Below, piece after piece: positions 43,636 to 56,630 of a stretch of 64,000 bases of DNA (the stretch's first letter is position 1; each line of letters starts with the position of its first letter). The DNA lies in assembly GCF_053078305.1 (NCBI RefSeq), contig NZ_CP166879.1. One strand, 5' to 3'. The notes beneath the pieces are model-generated. The model had not been told where the DNA came from, did no database searches, and saw only the letters and a list, made by a program, of their open reading frames with translations. Made by a program: the position numbers and the translations under genes.

Positions 43636-44216
43636 TGTCTACGCTTCTTTATTTACACGGTTTCAACAGCTCGCCGCGCTCTGCAAAAGCGAGCTTGTTA
43701 AAAAACTGGCTGGCGGAACATCACCCTGACGTTGAGATGATCATTCCGCAGTTGCCGCCGTATCCTTCCGACGCGGCAGAGCTGCTGGAATCCATTGTCC
43801 TAGAACATGGCGGCGATTCGCTGGGTATTGTCGGTTCGTCACTGGGGGGATATTACGCCACCTGGTTGTCACAATGTTTTATGCTGCCCGCAGTGGTGGT
43901 AAACCCGGCGGTGCGCCCGTTTGAACTGCTGACGGACTATCTCGGTCAGAACGAGAACCCCTACACCGGGCAGCAATATGTGCTAGAGTCACGCCATATT
44001 TACGATCTTAAAGTCATGCAGATTGACCCGCTGGAAGCGCCGGATTTGATCTGGCTGCTGCAACAGACGGGAGATGAAGTGCTGGATTACCGCCAGGCGG
44101 TGGCGTACTACGCTTCCTGCCGCCAGACTGTCATAGAAGGCGGCAACCACGCATTCACGGGCTTCGAAGATTATTTCAACCCGATCGTCGATTTTCTTGG
44201 TCTGCACCATCTCTGA
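43635..44216 (+). CDS. yqiA: Esterase YqiA (alpha/beta hydrolase)
   Basis: 193-aa ORF, GSSLGG nucleophile elbow. Confidence 0.9.
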   Translation: MSTLLYLHGFNSSPRSAKASLLKNWLAEHHPDVEMIIPQLPPYPSDAAELLESIVLEHGGDSLGIVGSSLGGYYATWLSQCFMLPAVVVNPAVRPFELLTDYLGQNENPYTGQQYVLESRHIYDLKVMQIDPLEAPDLIWLLQQTGDEVLDYRQAVAYYASCRQTVIEGGNHAFTGFEDYFNPIVDFLGLHHL

Positions 44217-44241
44217 CGATCAACTCGAATTGCTAACTTAA

Positions 44242-46137
<1,896 letters not shown>

Positions 46138-46166
46138 TAATCCTCCCGCCAGAAGAATAAAACATA

Positions 46167-46198
46167 GCCCGGTATACAAGTGTATACCGGGCTTTTTT
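46167..46198. terminator. Bidirectional hairpin terminator between parE and receptor gene
   Basis: GCCCGGTATACAAGTGTATACCGGGC followed by TTTTTT. Confidence 0.75.
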
Positions 46199-46200
46199 GA

Positions 46201-48342
46201 TCAAAATTCCATTTTCACCGTGAATTGCACTTCACGCGGATCGCCAATCTGATTCCCCAGATTATTTGTGGCGATGGAAGAGGTGTAATACGTTTTATCA
46301 AACAGGTTTTTGACGTTTAATTGCAGTGTGACCGGATACTGCAATTTCATTTTGTATGCGGCGAAGGCATCGGCAACGAAATAGCCTGGCAGATAATAGT
46401 CAGCCCCATTGGTTGCCGAACGACGGCTTACGCCATGTCCACCACCGCCAAACGTCAGTGTGTTATTGCCAGGCATGTTATGAATGTCATAGGTCAGGAA
46501 TAGCGAACCGGTATGACGAGGAACATTCGGCAATGGTTTCCCTGCATAATCAGGATCTTCCAGAACCTTAGCATCGGTATAGCCGTAGCTGGCAATGATA
46601 TTAATGTTTTCAGTTAATGCTCCCGCAAGGTCGACTTCTACCCCTCTTGAACGAACGCGGCCTGCCGTTTTGGCGATGGTTTCATCACCAATACTTTCGG
46701 TATACAACACGTTACGTTTATGGATATCAAACAGCGCAATATCTGCGGTTATACCATCGAACAGCTCGAATTTTGCCCCGACTTCGTAAGCATTAGATGA
46801 TTCCGGTGGAAGATCTCCGATGTAGCTGGCAATTGACGATTGCGGCATAAATGTTTGCGAATAATTAGCAAATAAGGATACCGATGGCGTCAGTTTGTAG
46901 ACTAACCCCAGTTTGGGCGTCCATTGTTCATCGCGGCTGTCAGTATTGACATTAAAAGGACGGCCTTTACCCGCATACTGCGTGTAATACTGATAGCGGA
47001 TCCCGGCGACGGCAATCCAGTTATCGGTCAGATAGAGCGCATCCTGTGCATAAGCTGAGTAGCTCTCCTGTTTGATCGTCTGATCACTGTCCGACGCCGA
47101 AACCGTTGTGCATTTGCTGGTATTGCCATAAACGGGGTTGTAGATATTGAAATCTTTAGCGTTTTTACAGCGAATCATATCTGTGCGCAGAAGATCATAA
47201 TATTCATATGACACCCCACCCAGAATCTCATTATAGAACCCAGCAATATCAACATTCCCTTGCAGATCCGCACGAGTAGAATGCATACGCTGGGTAGATC
47301 CCTGAGTTGCATCAACACGCCGTGTCAGCGTTCCTGTCGTTGCATCATACGCGGTAACGCGAGCCTGATTGTCGCTGTATTTATCCTGGCTGTAGCTGTA
47401 ATCAAAGCGCGCTGTCCACTGGCTATTGAGATGATATTCTGCGTTGAGTTGCGCCAGATCGGACTGACCATCTGTAATATTAAACGGTTCGTCAAAACGT
47501 ATTTTTCGATCAACGTTTACGGGCTGTTTCGTCGTAAGGTCGAAAATCGTTCCACGATCGAACGGAGTTTTATAGTCCCGATGGGAATAGAGCATGGTTA
47601 CTGTTGCATTATCACCAAACCAGGTGAGTGACGGGGCAATAAATGTACTGCGCTCTTTACCGAAGTTTCGCCAGTAATCTTCATCCTGCACTTCCCCCGT
47701 CAGGCGGTATGCCAGCTGAGTGCCTTCAATGGGACCTGTGATATCAAGTTGCCCAGTGCCTCCGCCAAAACTGGAGGACGTGGCTGAGACAGAACCATGG
47801 AATGTTTTTTCCGGGCGCTTGGTCACGACGTTAATCAATCCACCAGGATCGAGAATGCCATACAGCGTGGAGGCCGGACCTTTTAGCACTTCCACACGTT
47901 CTGTGGCGGCGTTGAAACTGCGAGGAAGTACAGTTCGCAGGCCGTTGGTCATGATGGAGCCATCCCGGTTAGCACCAAACCCACGACGTACAAAGGCGTC
48001 CTGAGTTCCGCCTAATGTATTGGTCTGTACCACGTTACTGACGTTATAAAGCGCTTCATCCAGCGTCGTTGCATTCTGATTTTCCAGAACCTGATCGCTA
48101 ACCGTATTGACCACCTGCGGGATATCCAGCATCGGCATATCGGTTAATGTCGCCGTGGAAGTGCTCAGAGGTTGATAACCATCGGTCGCCTCAGTTGCGG
48201 TATTTGCATCCGCTGTAACAGTGATTGTTTCGCCATCTTTGGTCGTTGCAGTGTCGGTTGCATGAATCATTGGTGCTGCAAAGAGCAGTGAAAAGAGCGC
48301 CCGACCTTTGATTCCTGAGAATGAAGGTGTGAACTTAGCCAT
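46201..48342 (-). CDS. TonB-dependent outer-membrane siderophore receptor (Fit-like)
   Basis: 713-aa ORF; signal peptide, TonB box (ETITVTA), C-terminal ...FTVKMEF beta-barrel terminus. Confidence 0.85.
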   Translation of the reverse strand: MAKFTPSFSGIKGRALFSLLFAAPMIHATDTATTKDGETITVTADANTATEATDGYQPLSTSTATLTDMPMLDIPQVVNTVSDQVLENQNATTLDEALYNVSNVVQTNTLGGTQDAFVRRGFGANRDGSIMTNGLRTVLPRSFNAATERVEVLKGPASTLYGILDPGGLINVVTKRPEKTFHGSVSATSSSFGGGTGQLDITGPIEGTQLAYRLTGEVQDEDYWRNFGKERSTFIAPSLTWFGDNATVTMLYSHRDYKTPFDRGTIFDLTTKQPVNVDRKIRFDEPFNITDGQSDLAQLNAEYHLNSQWTARFDYSYSQDKYSDNQARVTAYDATTGTLTRRVDATQGSTQRMHSTRADLQGNVDIAGFYNEILGGVSYEYYDLLRTDMIRCKNAKDFNIYNPVYGNTSKCTTVSASDSDQTIKQESYSAYAQDALYLTDNWIAVAGIRYQYYTQYAGKGRPFNVNTDSRDEQWTPKLGLVYKLTPSVSLFANYSQTFMPQSSIASYIGDLPPESSNAYEVGAKFELFDGITADIALFDIHKRNVLYTESIGDETIAKTAGRVRSRGVEVDLAGALTENINIIASYGYTDAKVLEDPDYAGKPLPNVPRHTGSLFLTYDIHNMPGNNTLTFGGGGHGVSRRSATNGADYYLPGYFVADAFAAYKMKLQYPVTLQLNVKNLFDKTYYTSSIATNNLGNQIGDPREVQFTVKMEF

Positions 48343-48441
48343 TTAGTCTGTTATCCCAAAAACTCACGGATTGTCGTGAGTGAAAATTGTTTCTTGTTGC
48401 TCACTAAGCACTATCCGTTTGTTATTTCACCATCGGATATG

Positions 48442-48460
48442 TAATTGAGAATCATTCAAC
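48442..48460. promoter_or_regulatory. Fur-box-like site in divergent promoter region
   Basis: TAATTGAGAATCATTCAAC resembles Fur consensus (one or two mismatches in core). Confidence 0.4.
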
Positions 48461-48715
48461 CATGCGGTAATGTAGTAGTAAATGAGAAATAACAAAAAAT
48501 TGCTACATGTGTTTTTTTGAGAGGTTAATGCAATTCAATTGATGGTAATTTATTAATATTTAATGATTTTATTTTTATCTTTAAAAATATTTCACCTGTT
48601 ATTTACCTTGTTTTTGTATGGCTTTTAACTTCTTGACTACTACATTTTGTGGCGTCAAACTCTCAAAAGAGAATGAGTTTTATTTTTGTTTGTCTTTGAT
48701 TAAGTTGGCGTACAC

Positions 48716-49525
48716 GTGGCACATAACGCAAAAGGGCAGGGGCTGATCCTCGACAATGTTTCTGCCGGGTATCACAAGAAAATCATTGTTGATGGTGTTT
48801 CTTTCTCCGTTCCCACAGAAAAAATGACCGTTCTGGTTGGGGCAAACGGCTGTGGAAAGTCGACGTTGCTCAGCACCATTGCACGTATCTTGCAACCCAT
48901 GGGCGGCTCAATATTGCTGGATGGTAAAGCGATTCACGAGCAACCAACGAAAGCGTTATCCCGTAGACTTGGGATCTTGCCGCAGTCGCCATTATTGCCG
49001 GAGGGCTTAACCGTTTATGAACTGGTGTCGCGTGGGCGTTTTCCCTGGCAAAATTTCATACGTCAATGGAGCGACGCCGACGAGCAGGCGGTAGAAGAGG
49101 CCCTGAAATTAACCGGTACGCAGGAGTTTGCTCATTTACCTGTTGAAAAACTCTCTGGTGGGCAGCGCCAGCGTTGCTGGATTGCGATGGTGTTGGCGCA
49201 AAAGACGCCTTATATCCTACTGGATGAACCCACAACCTGGCTTGATTTACGTTATCAGGTTGAAATTCTTGAGTTATTACATGATTTAACGCGTCATCAC
49301 GGGCGTACAGTCGTCGTGGTGTTGCATGATCTGAATTTTGCCGTCAATTATGGTGATACGTTGATATTTTTACGCCAGGGGAAAGTGGTGCGTGTGTTGA
49401 ATGAGGGGGAGCATTGCACGCCTGAGCTGGTAAAAGCTGTCTTTGACGTTGATGTTCACGCATCAATAAATACTCTGACGGGAAAGCCGTTCTTCATGCC
49501 GTTTCGTGGTGTAGAAAAAGTATGA
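48716..49525 (+). CDS. ABC transporter ATP-binding protein (iron-siderophore type)
   Basis: 269-aa ORF; Walker A GANGCGKST, signature LSGGQRQR, Walker B ILLDEP. Confidence 0.85.
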   Translation: MAHNAKGQGLILDNVSAGYHKKIIVDGVSFSVPTEKMTVLVGANGCGKSTLLSTIARILQPMGGSILLDGKAIHEQPTKALSRRLGILPQSPLLPEGLTVYELVSRGRFPWQNFIRQWSDADEQAVEEALKLTGTQEFAHLPVEKLSGGQRQRCWIAMVLAQKTPYILLDEPTTWLDLRYQVEILELLHDLTRHHGRTVVVVLHDLNFAVNYGDTLIFLRQGKVVRVLNEGEHCTPELVKAVFDVDVHASINTLTGKPFFMPFRGVEKV

Positions 49526-50505
49526 TGCGCACAGGGCTGGTTACTGTAATTTTCCTCACCTTACTGCTGGTGGGATGCGTGGTATATCCAGGGATTGGTG
49601 CCCGATTTATTGCACCACAAACGGTGTTGCAGGCATTTCTTCATTTTGATCCGCAAAACTTCGATCACAGCGTAATTGTAAGACTCCGTTTGCCGCGTTT
49701 AGCGGCAGCATTGCTTACCGGTGCTTCTCTTGGTGTTGCCGGTGCTTTGTTGCAGGCTGTCATTCGTAACCCATTGGGGGAGCCACATATTTTAGGCTTA
49801 AATGCCGGAGCCGCTCTTGCTGTCGTTGCCGCCAGTGCGCTTGGACTGGCCTTTCCGGCTGGACGCCCACTGCTGGCATCTACGGGGGGCGCGTTATTGT
49901 TCCTGTTGATATTGCTGCTTTCCTCCGCAGGGCGTTCAGGGTTAACGCCAATGAAAGTTACTTTATGCGGCGTGGCGCTATCGGCGTTCGTGTCCTCAAT
50001 AACGGCTGCAATCCTGATTCTTGACGAACAAACACTGCTGGCGATGCGGACATGGCTAGCAGGTGATTTAGCGGGGCAGGATTGGGTGACGCTGGGTACG
50101 TCCGTCTGGTTTTCTCTGGGGGGATTTGTGTTAGCCATTTACCTTGCGCCCTCTCTTAACATGTTGGCACTGGGTGATCGCATGGCGCAGGGGCTGGGCG
50201 TCTCGGTACTCCGCACGCGAACATTCACCCTGCTTGCGATCGCGTTGCTCTGTGGCGCAGCCGTATCGATTGCTGGCCCCATTGGTTTTGTCGGCCTGCT
50301 AGTACCGCAGATTGTCCGGCGTCTGGTATCAGCGGATCTGCGCGTTCTGCTCCCTCTTTCAGCTTGTGTCGGCGCGCTTTTGTTATTACTGGCAGATATT
50401 ATTGCTCGGACGCTCTTCACGCCCCATGAGTTAGCGACCGGTGTCATGACGGCGTTAGTTGGTGCGCCTGTTTTTGTCATTATGGCGACGAGGATGTTCA
50501 AATGA
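49522..50505 (+). CDS. ABC permease (FecCD family)
   Basis: 327-aa polytopic membrane protein, overlapping stop/start with flanking genes. Confidence 0.8.
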   Translation: MMRTGLVTVIFLTLLLVGCVVYPGIGARFIAPQTVLQAFLHFDPQNFDHSVIVRLRLPRLAAALLTGASLGVAGALLQAVIRNPLGEPHILGLNAGAALAVVAASALGLAFPAGRPLLASTGGALLFLLILLLSSAGRSGLTPMKVTLCGVALSAFVSSITAAILILDEQTLLAMRTWLAGDLAGQDWVTLGTSVWFSLGGFVLAIYLAPSLNMLALGDRMAQGLGVSVLRTRTFTLLAIALLCGAAVSIAGPIGFVGLLVPQIVRRLVSADLRVLLPLSACVGALLLLLADIIARTLFTPHELATGVMTALVGAPVFVIMATRMFK

Positions 50506-51551
50506 GTCGGATAATGAACGTCGGGCTACGCCCACTACGTGTTGGTAAGTTTTCGACACTGGTACGCCCTAAAAATCTGGTGTTGCTTGGTGGGCTGTTT
50601 CTGTTTGCGGTTGGAATACTGATATTCGGTCTGATGCATGGTTCTTTTTCTGTCCCGGCATCGGAAGTAGGACGAGCGTTGTTTGCTCCAGAAAACGTAA
50701 GCACAGACGCACGTTATATTGTGCAGGATATTCGCTTGCCGAGAGTCATCATGGCATTGCTATGCGGAGCCATGTTAGGTATGGCGGGGGCCGCGATGCA
50801 ATCCATTGCGCGTAACGGCCTTGCCGATCCTGGTTTAATCGGCGTCAAAGAAGGATGTAGCGTGGCGGTGCTGTGGCTGATTTTCCAGTTTCCAATGCTG
50901 GGAATGTTCTGGCGTCCAGTGGCTGGTCTTGCTGGTGGCTTGTTGGTGGCTTTAATCGTGATTTTTTGTGCACGCGATATTTCCCGCCCGCGATTTGTTC
51001 TGATTGGTATTGGTGTTTCCTGGTTTTTCGCCGCCGGTATCGGTGTATTTATGACCACTGCAGATGTTCGAGATGTACAAACTGCATTGATGTGGTTATC
51101 GGGAAGCCTGCATGCAGCTAACTGGATGTTAGTCGGTATTTCAGCCTGTTGGATGTTGCCAGCCACTCTTTTATTGCTGTTCACCGCCAGGACGGCGGAT
51201 ATCGCTCTGCTTGGTCATCAGGTTGCAACCGGGTTAGGGGTGAATAGTTCTCGTCTGGCGTTGTTACGTGTCGCCGCACCAATAATCCTGACAGCCGTCT
51301 GCGTTTCGTGTGTTGGTAACATCGGTTTTGTCGGATTGATAGCACCCCATATATCACGTTTTATTCTACGTGGCGGGCAGACGACATTACTGCTGGGGAG
51401 CGCCGTATCGGGGGCGTTGTTAGTCATCCTGGCGGATAGCATTGGTCGTTTGGCTTTTTTGCCTTTGCAACTGCCTGCCGGAATCATTATTTCATTGATT
51501 GGTGGACCATTCTTTTTGCTACTGCTCTGGCAGTGCAGGAACAGTTTTTAA
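50502..51551 (+). CDS. ABC permease (FecCD family), second subunit
   Basis: 349-aa polytopic membrane protein. Confidence 0.8.
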   Translation: MSRIMNVGLRPLRVGKFSTLVRPKNLVLLGGLFLFAVGILIFGLMHGSFSVPASEVGRALFAPENVSTDARYIVQDIRLPRVIMALLCGAMLGMAGAAMQSIARNGLADPGLIGVKEGCSVAVLWLIFQFPMLGMFWRPVAGLAGGLLVALIVIFCARDISRPRFVLIGIGVSWFFAAGIGVFMTTADVRDVQTALMWLSGSLHAANWMLVGISACWMLPATLLLLFTARTADIALLGHQVATGLGVNSSRLALLRVAAPIILTAVCVSCVGNIGFVGLIAPHISRFILRGGQTTLLLGSAVSGALLVILADSIGRLAFLPLQLPAGIIISLIGGPFFLLLLWQCRNSF

Positions 51552-51561
51552 TGGGAGTTAT

Positions 51562-52509
51562 ATGCGTTTATTTTTTTCTCTGCTGATACTGTTGTCATTC
51601 TTTGCCCGCGCGACAGAACCTGTTCAGGTCTTTACTGATGATTTAGGGCGCAAAGTCACTGTTCCTGCTCATCCAAAGAGAATTGTCTCTTTACACGATC
51701 TTGATATCACTATTCCTCTGATTGAGCTCGGTGTACCTCCTGTCGCCAGCCACGGGCGAACTCGGCCTGACGGTAGCCATTTCATTCGATCAGGCGCGTT
51801 ATTGACAGGTGTCGACTTTGATAATTCATCGATCGCTTTTATTGGCACCGCTGATATTGATATTGAAGCGATTGTGGCGGCAAAGCCTGACCTGATTATC
51901 ACAGAACCGACCCGTAATACGCCCATTGAACAACTGGAAAAAATTGCGCCCACGGTGAGCATTGATCATCTCAAAGGAGGCGCGCCAGAAATCTACCGCA
52001 AGCTGGCAGAACTGACAGGAACGCAGTCGCAGCTGGCGATACTTGAACGCCGCTATCAGGCACAAATCAATGCGCTGAAGGCGACGCTGGACAGCCAAAA
52101 AATAACGGTATCGGTGATTCAGGCAAATCAGGGAAAAATTAATGTGATGCATAGCTATCATTCGCTGGGGCGGGTATTACGCGATGCTGGTTTTCGCTTT
52201 CCGCCGCTGATTGAGAGCATTCCTGAAGGTGGGCGAATGGATGTGAGCGCGGAGCGTTTACCTGAACTGGATGCCGATTTTGTTTTTGCAACCTGGCGCG
52301 GTGACACCGGTGGTAAACCTCAGGATGAGCTGGCAGCAATGGAAAAAGTCATGCCGGGATGGTGTCAGTTTCTGACTGCCTGTCGTTCCGGGCGTTATGT
52401 GCTGATTTCTCGTGAAGAGGCAATTTCTAACTCCTTTGCATCTCTGGGGCTGATGGCTGCGCAGATACAATCACAAATTGCGGGGCGACCTTTACCGGAG
52501 GCCAAATGA
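51562..52509 (+). CDS. Periplasmic iron-siderophore binding protein (start trimmed to MRLFFSLLIL signal peptide)
   Basis: 315 aa from ATG with SD GGGAG; FecB/FhuD-like binding protein. Confidence 0.75.
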   Translation: MRLFFSLLILLSFFARATEPVQVFTDDLGRKVTVPAHPKRIVSLHDLDITIPLIELGVPPVASHGRTRPDGSHFIRSGALLTGVDFDNSSIAFIGTADIDIEAIVAAKPDLIITEPTRNTPIEQLEKIAPTVSIDHLKGGAPEIYRKLAELTGTQSQLAILERRYQAQINALKATLDSQKITVSVIQANQGKINVMHSYHSLGRVLRDAGFRFPPLIESIPEGGRMDVSAERLPELDADFVFATWRGDTGGKPQDELAAMEKVMPGWCQFLTACRSGRYVLISREEAISNSFASLGLMAAQIQSQIAGRPLPEAK

Positions 52510-53393
52510 TTCAGAAAGACAAAACGCGGGTTGATATTTATGGTGAGCGTTTTCGCACTCGCGCGAGTCAGTTAACGCCTGGGTTAAGAGCTGTCGCCAG
52601 CTATATTAATGAGCATCGTGAAGTGGTACTCGAGCAAACGGCGATGGAAATTGCGGCCACGTTGAACACTTCCGATGCCACAGTTATCAGGGCTATACAG
52701 GCCCTGGGGTTTGCCGGGCTGCGTGATCTGAAACGCACTCTGGAACAGTGGCTTGGTCCAGCCCTTAGTTCCAGCGAAAAGATGTCTACGACGGTGAGTA
52801 ACTTGACGAGCGATGTTAACACCGCAATCGACTTTGTTCTTGAAGGGCATTTGTATACCTGTAATGTCCTGTCAGAGCCTGAAAACCGCCACGCGCTTGC
52901 GCAAGCGGTAGCGTTGTTGGTACAGGCACGGCAAGTCGCAATTTTTGGCATTGGCGCTTCGGGTATTCTGGCGGACTATACCGCACGACTATTCAACCGC
53001 ATAGGTTTGCCAGCCACGGCACTAAACCGTACGGGTATTGGCCTTGCCGAGCAACTGATCGCGCTTCAACGTGGCGATGTTCTGATCATGATGGCGCAAA
53101 AATCTGCGCACCGGGAAGGGCTGACAACGCTGCGTGAAGCGAGACGGCTGGGGATCCCTGTTATTTTGCTGACAAACGCGCTGGATTCACGTTTTAGCAA
53201 AGACGCCAGTATCGTGATTCATGTTCCGCGCGGGGATGAAAAGGGGAAAACGCCACTACATGGTACGGTATTGTTGTGCCTGGAAATGATTGTCTGGTCG
53301 GTGGCTTCCGCGGTGCCGCAGCGTGCGGTTAAAACCATTAAGCGAATTAACGATTTCCATCGGGGGCTGAAAACGGGAAGAAAGAATGGCTAA
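52506..53393 (+). CDS. RpiR/MurR-family transcriptional regulator (HTH + SIS domain)
   Basis: 295-aa ORF; N-terminal HTH and central SIS fold. Confidence 0.75.
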   Translation: MIQKDKTRVDIYGERFRTRASQLTPGLRAVASYINEHREVVLEQTAMEIAATLNTSDATVIRAIQALGFAGLRDLKRTLEQWLGPALSSSEKMSTTVSNLTSDVNTAIDFVLEGHLYTCNVLSEPENRHALAQAVALLVQARQVAIFGIGASGILADYTARLFNRIGLPATALNRTGIGLAEQLIALQRGDVLIMMAQKSAHREGLTTLREARRLGIPVILLTNALDSRFSKDASIVIHVPRGDEKGKTPLHGTVLLCLEMIVWSVASAVPQRAVKTIKRINDFHRGLKTGRKNG

Positions 53394-53437
53394 TCTGACC
53401 TGAGGCCGGTAGCAACACCGGCCTCTTTTCAGGAATG

Positions 53438-53752
53438 TTAAATCCCCGGTTGCAGAATACGGATATTCATCTCCAGCACGTCGCCTTTTACGGCTTCGCT
53501 GTACGCCTTCATGTGCGGGGTTTGCAGATGCGCTTCAAGGTGCGCGATGCTTTCCCACTGCTCAATCATCACGATAGAGTCCGGTGCCATAGACTGGAAA
53601 CTCACGCCAGCAGCGCAATCCACCATTGGCGCATAGCCGTGGCAACCTTCTTCTTTCAGTACGGTTGGAACGATTTTAGCAAACTGATCCAATACCGCCT
53701 GACGGTGATGTTGACCAGGACGAGTACGGATTTCTGCGATTACGGTAAGCAT
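53438..53752 (-). CDS. ygiN: Quinol monooxygenase YgiN
   Basis: 104-aa ORF, ABM-domain protein. Confidence 0.9.
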   Translation of the reverse strand: MLTVIAEIRTRPGQHHRQAVLDQFAKIVPTVLKEEGCHGYAPMVDCAAGVSFQSMAPDSIVMIEQWESIAHLEAHLQTPHMKAYSEAVKGDVLEMNIRILQPGI

Positions 53753-53782
53753 GGTTAACTCCTTCTAAAGCCTGAGCTCTAG

Positions 53783-54364
53783 TTAACCAAAAATTTCCAC
53801 AAGATGCTTGCGATATTCTTCAGTATAGCGGGGAACATCAGGCATTTTTATCACGTCATTAGCGATAAATGTCGGCAGCGGTTCCATGCCAAGGAATTGG
53901 TTTGCTTTATGGAACGGCAGATACACACCGTCGACGCCAACGCCGTGGAAGAATTGATCTTTTTCGGTGAAGGCTTCCATTGGTGCGTTCCAGGTCAGAG
54001 AAAGCATATATTTTTTGCCCTGTACCAGGCCGCCGGAACCGTATTTTTTCGACGGATCTTTGCGGGTACGACCATCGCTGGCATACAGCGTCCCGTGACC
54101 TTCGGTGAATACATCATCAATGTATTTTTTCACTGTCCACGGCGCGCCCATCCACCAGCCTGGCATCTGCCAGATCACCACATCAGCCCAGAGAAAGTTT
54201 TGTACTTCCGCTTTGACATCGTAGTCGCTGTCGGCGCGAACGATGCGAACATCATGCCCGAGGTCGCGCAGTGTGCCATCCGCGACTTCGGTCAGGGTGT
54301 CGTTCAGTTGACCATTGGAGTGGGCGAATTTTTTCGCGCCGTTGATAATCAGGATGTTGCTCAT
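53783..54364 (-). CDS. mdaB: NADPH:quinone oxidoreductase MdaB
   Basis: 193-aa flavodoxin-like ORF. Confidence 0.9.
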   Translation of the reverse strand: MSNILIINGAKKFAHSNGQLNDTLTEVADGTLRDLGHDVRIVRADSDYDVKAEVQNFLWADVVIWQMPGWWMGAPWTVKKYIDDVFTEGHGTLYASDGRTRKDPSKKYGSGGLVQGKKYMLSLTWNAPMEAFTEKDQFFHGVGVDGVYLPFHKANQFLGMEPLPTFIANDVIKMPDVPRYTEEYRKHLVEIFG

Positions 54365-54473
54365 TTTTTAACCTCAAGGTGAGACGTTTGCCGACTATAG
54401 TACGTCACAGAGCGGTACGGTGAAATTAGCAAAATGTGCAAAGTCTTTTGCGAATTTAGCAAAAGTCTTACCC

Positions 54474-55823
54474 TTACCAGCTTACCTTCGCCTCAAATCC
54501 ACCTTGTTCCGCATTCCCAAACTCAACATTCATGCCATGCAGCTTGGCGATTCGCTGGACAATCGATAGCCCAAGTCCACTGCCGGTAGCGGTTTGTCCG
54601 GGTGGGCGATAGAAGCGTTCGCCAATTCGCGCTAGTGCCTCTGGCGTCACACCGGGGCCGTTATCCCTCACGATGAAATTATCGGCATTCAGCGTGACGT
54701 CTACCACGCTGCCCTGTGGACTGTAGCGCACGGCGTTATCCAGCAAATTTCGCACCAACAAACTTAGCAATAGCGGTTGCCCGGTGCGTTTGATGCTGTG
54801 GGCATTGAGTGTCAGTCGCACGTCAATTTTCGCCTGCTGCGCCGTGTGGTAAATATCCATCACCGACGATTGCAGGAGATCTTCAAGCGGGATCTCCGCG
54901 ACGTCCTGAAGGTTATCCAGTGAGTCCAGCCGCGATAGCGTGAGCAGTTGATCAACCAGACGAGTAGCGCGATCGATCCCGTAATGTAATTGAAGCAGTG
55001 CTTTTTTCCGCGCCTGCGGATCATCGTCAGAGAGCTGCGCAACTTCGGTTTGCACTTTCAGCGCCGTTAACGGGCTACGAAGTTCGTGAGCTGCGTCGGA
55101 GGTAAAGCGTCGTTCACGAACCATCATCGCATGTGTGCGGGCGAACAGTTGATTTAGCGACTCAACCAGTGGTCGCACTTCGCTGGGTACGCCAGTCGCG
55201 TTTAGTGGTTTTTCCGAGTCAGGGTCACGCATACGTAGTGCCAGCGCCAGTTTGTTCAGCGGCGCGAGTTCACGACCCAGTAGTACCATCATGATGATTA
55301 ACATAATCGGCAGTGCGACCAACCACGGGATCAATTGCCCGGCAACAATCGCCAGCGCCATGTCTTCACGGTATTCCCATTCCTGACCAACAACGATGCG
55401 ATATTTGCCATCAGGTGAGGTCATCCAGACAAAACGCCATTGATCTTTATCGCCCACCAGTTGCCCGTCAGCAAAACCTTCCCGTTGATAGCTATAGGGA
55501 ATATCTTCTCCGTTATCGCCATCGTTAAGGACCATTCTGCCGTCGTGGGTAAAGATGGCAAAGGTCAGCGCATCGTCATCAACATGACCGTGTTTTAATT
55601 TATTTGGCGTCTGTGCCATGCGATCCGCCGCGTTGATTTCGTTGAGATCGAGCGTACTTAACCGCTTGGCAAACAGCATCAGTTGGGTGTCGAACAACTC
55701 ATCGACGTTATCCGTTGTTTGTTTCCAGGCGACAAAGCTGGAAAGCAGCCAGGTCACCGAGGCCAGAATTAAAAAGATTAGCGTCAGCCTGACGCGCAGA
55801 CTAAGACGTTGGGTAAATTTCAT
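54474..55823 (-). CDS. qseC: Sensor histidine kinase QseC
   Basis: 449-aa ORF; two TM segments, HAMP, H-box ...HELRSPL, HATPase. Confidence 0.9.
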   Translation of the reverse strand: MKFTQRLSLRVRLTLIFLILASVTWLLSSFVAWKQTTDNVDELFDTQLMLFAKRLSTLDLNEINAADRMAQTPNKLKHGHVDDDALTFAIFTHDGRMVLNDGDNGEDIPYSYQREGFADGQLVGDKDQWRFVWMTSPDGKYRIVVGQEWEYREDMALAIVAGQLIPWLVALPIMLIIMMVLLGRELAPLNKLALALRMRDPDSEKPLNATGVPSEVRPLVESLNQLFARTHAMMVRERRFTSDAAHELRSPLTALKVQTEVAQLSDDDPQARKKALLQLHYGIDRATRLVDQLLTLSRLDSLDNLQDVAEIPLEDLLQSSVMDIYHTAQQAKIDVRLTLNAHSIKRTGQPLLLSLLVRNLLDNAVRYSPQGSVVDVTLNADNFIVRDNGPGVTPEALARIGERFYRPPGQTATGSGLGLSIVQRIAKLHGMNVEFGNAEQGGFEAKVSW

Positions 55824-56479
55824 TTCTCACCTAATGTGTAGCCAATACCATGCACGGTACGAATAAAATCACTACCGAGTTTGCGTCGCAGATGATGCAC
55901 ATGCACTTCAACGGCATTACTGGTGACATCTTCGTCCCAGGTATACAGTTTCTCTTCAATCAGTTTGCGCGGCAGTACCCGACCAGCGTTACGCATCAGT
56001 AATTCCAGCAGGGCAAATTCTTTTGGTTTCAGCGTTAAGGGTTCGCCAGCCAGCGTGGCGATACGTTTGCCGGGGTCGAGCATGACGTTCCCGTGGCGCA
56101 GTTCGTTGCTGGCCTGGCCGTTGGTTCGGCGCATCAGTGCTTCCAGCCTGGCGGCGACTTCTATCAACGCAAAAGGTTTACACAGATAATCGTCAGCTCC
56201 CAGACGCAGCCCCTCTACACGTTCCGCCAGCGCATCGCGCGCGGTCAGGATCAGTACCGGCTCACGCTGACCTTTTTCTCGCCATTCGCGCAAAATATCG
56301 CGACCATCCATGCCTGGTAAGGTTAAATCCAGGATCACCGCATCATAAGGCGCGCTATAAAGCGCCTCTTTTCCCTGACGACCTTGTGTAAACCAGTCGA
56401 CGCTAAAACCCATTTTACTAAGGCCCGTTTTGATGCCGTCGCCAATCAGCATGTCATCTTCTATCAGTAAAATTCGCAT
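55820..56479 (-). CDS. qseB: Response regulator QseB (OmpR family)
   Basis: 219-aa ORF, receiver domain MRILLIEDD..., winged helix. Confidence 0.9.
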   Translation of the reverse strand: MRILLIEDDMLIGDGIKTGLSKMGFSVDWFTQGRQGKEALYSAPYDAVILDLTLPGMDGRDILREWREKGQREPVLILTARDALAERVEGLRLGADDYLCKPFALIEVAARLEALMRRTNGQASNELRHGNVMLDPGKRIATLAGEPLTLKPKEFALLELLMRNAGRVLPRKLIEEKLYTWDEDVTSNAVEVHVHHLRRKLGSDFIRTVHGIGYTLGEK

Positions 56480-56630
56480 TTTTTCATCCCTGCGATAACC
56501 GTATTTGCTGCCAGTAAACCGTGTTGTAACGCGCTCTGTACAGCATTAAATTTTATTTTTTTCCCTTAAGAAGTTGTTAAGGACTATCTTGTTAAATGCT
56601 CGGAAACAGACATTAAAGGGAGTAACAAAC

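Noticed and set aside
49665-51487. Minus-strand ORFs (49665..50138, 50139..50501, 50714..51184, 51218..51487) inside the ABC permease genes
   Set aside because: Antisense to convincing membrane-permease ORFs; Ala/Pro/Arg-rich low-complexity translations typical of GC-rich shadow frames
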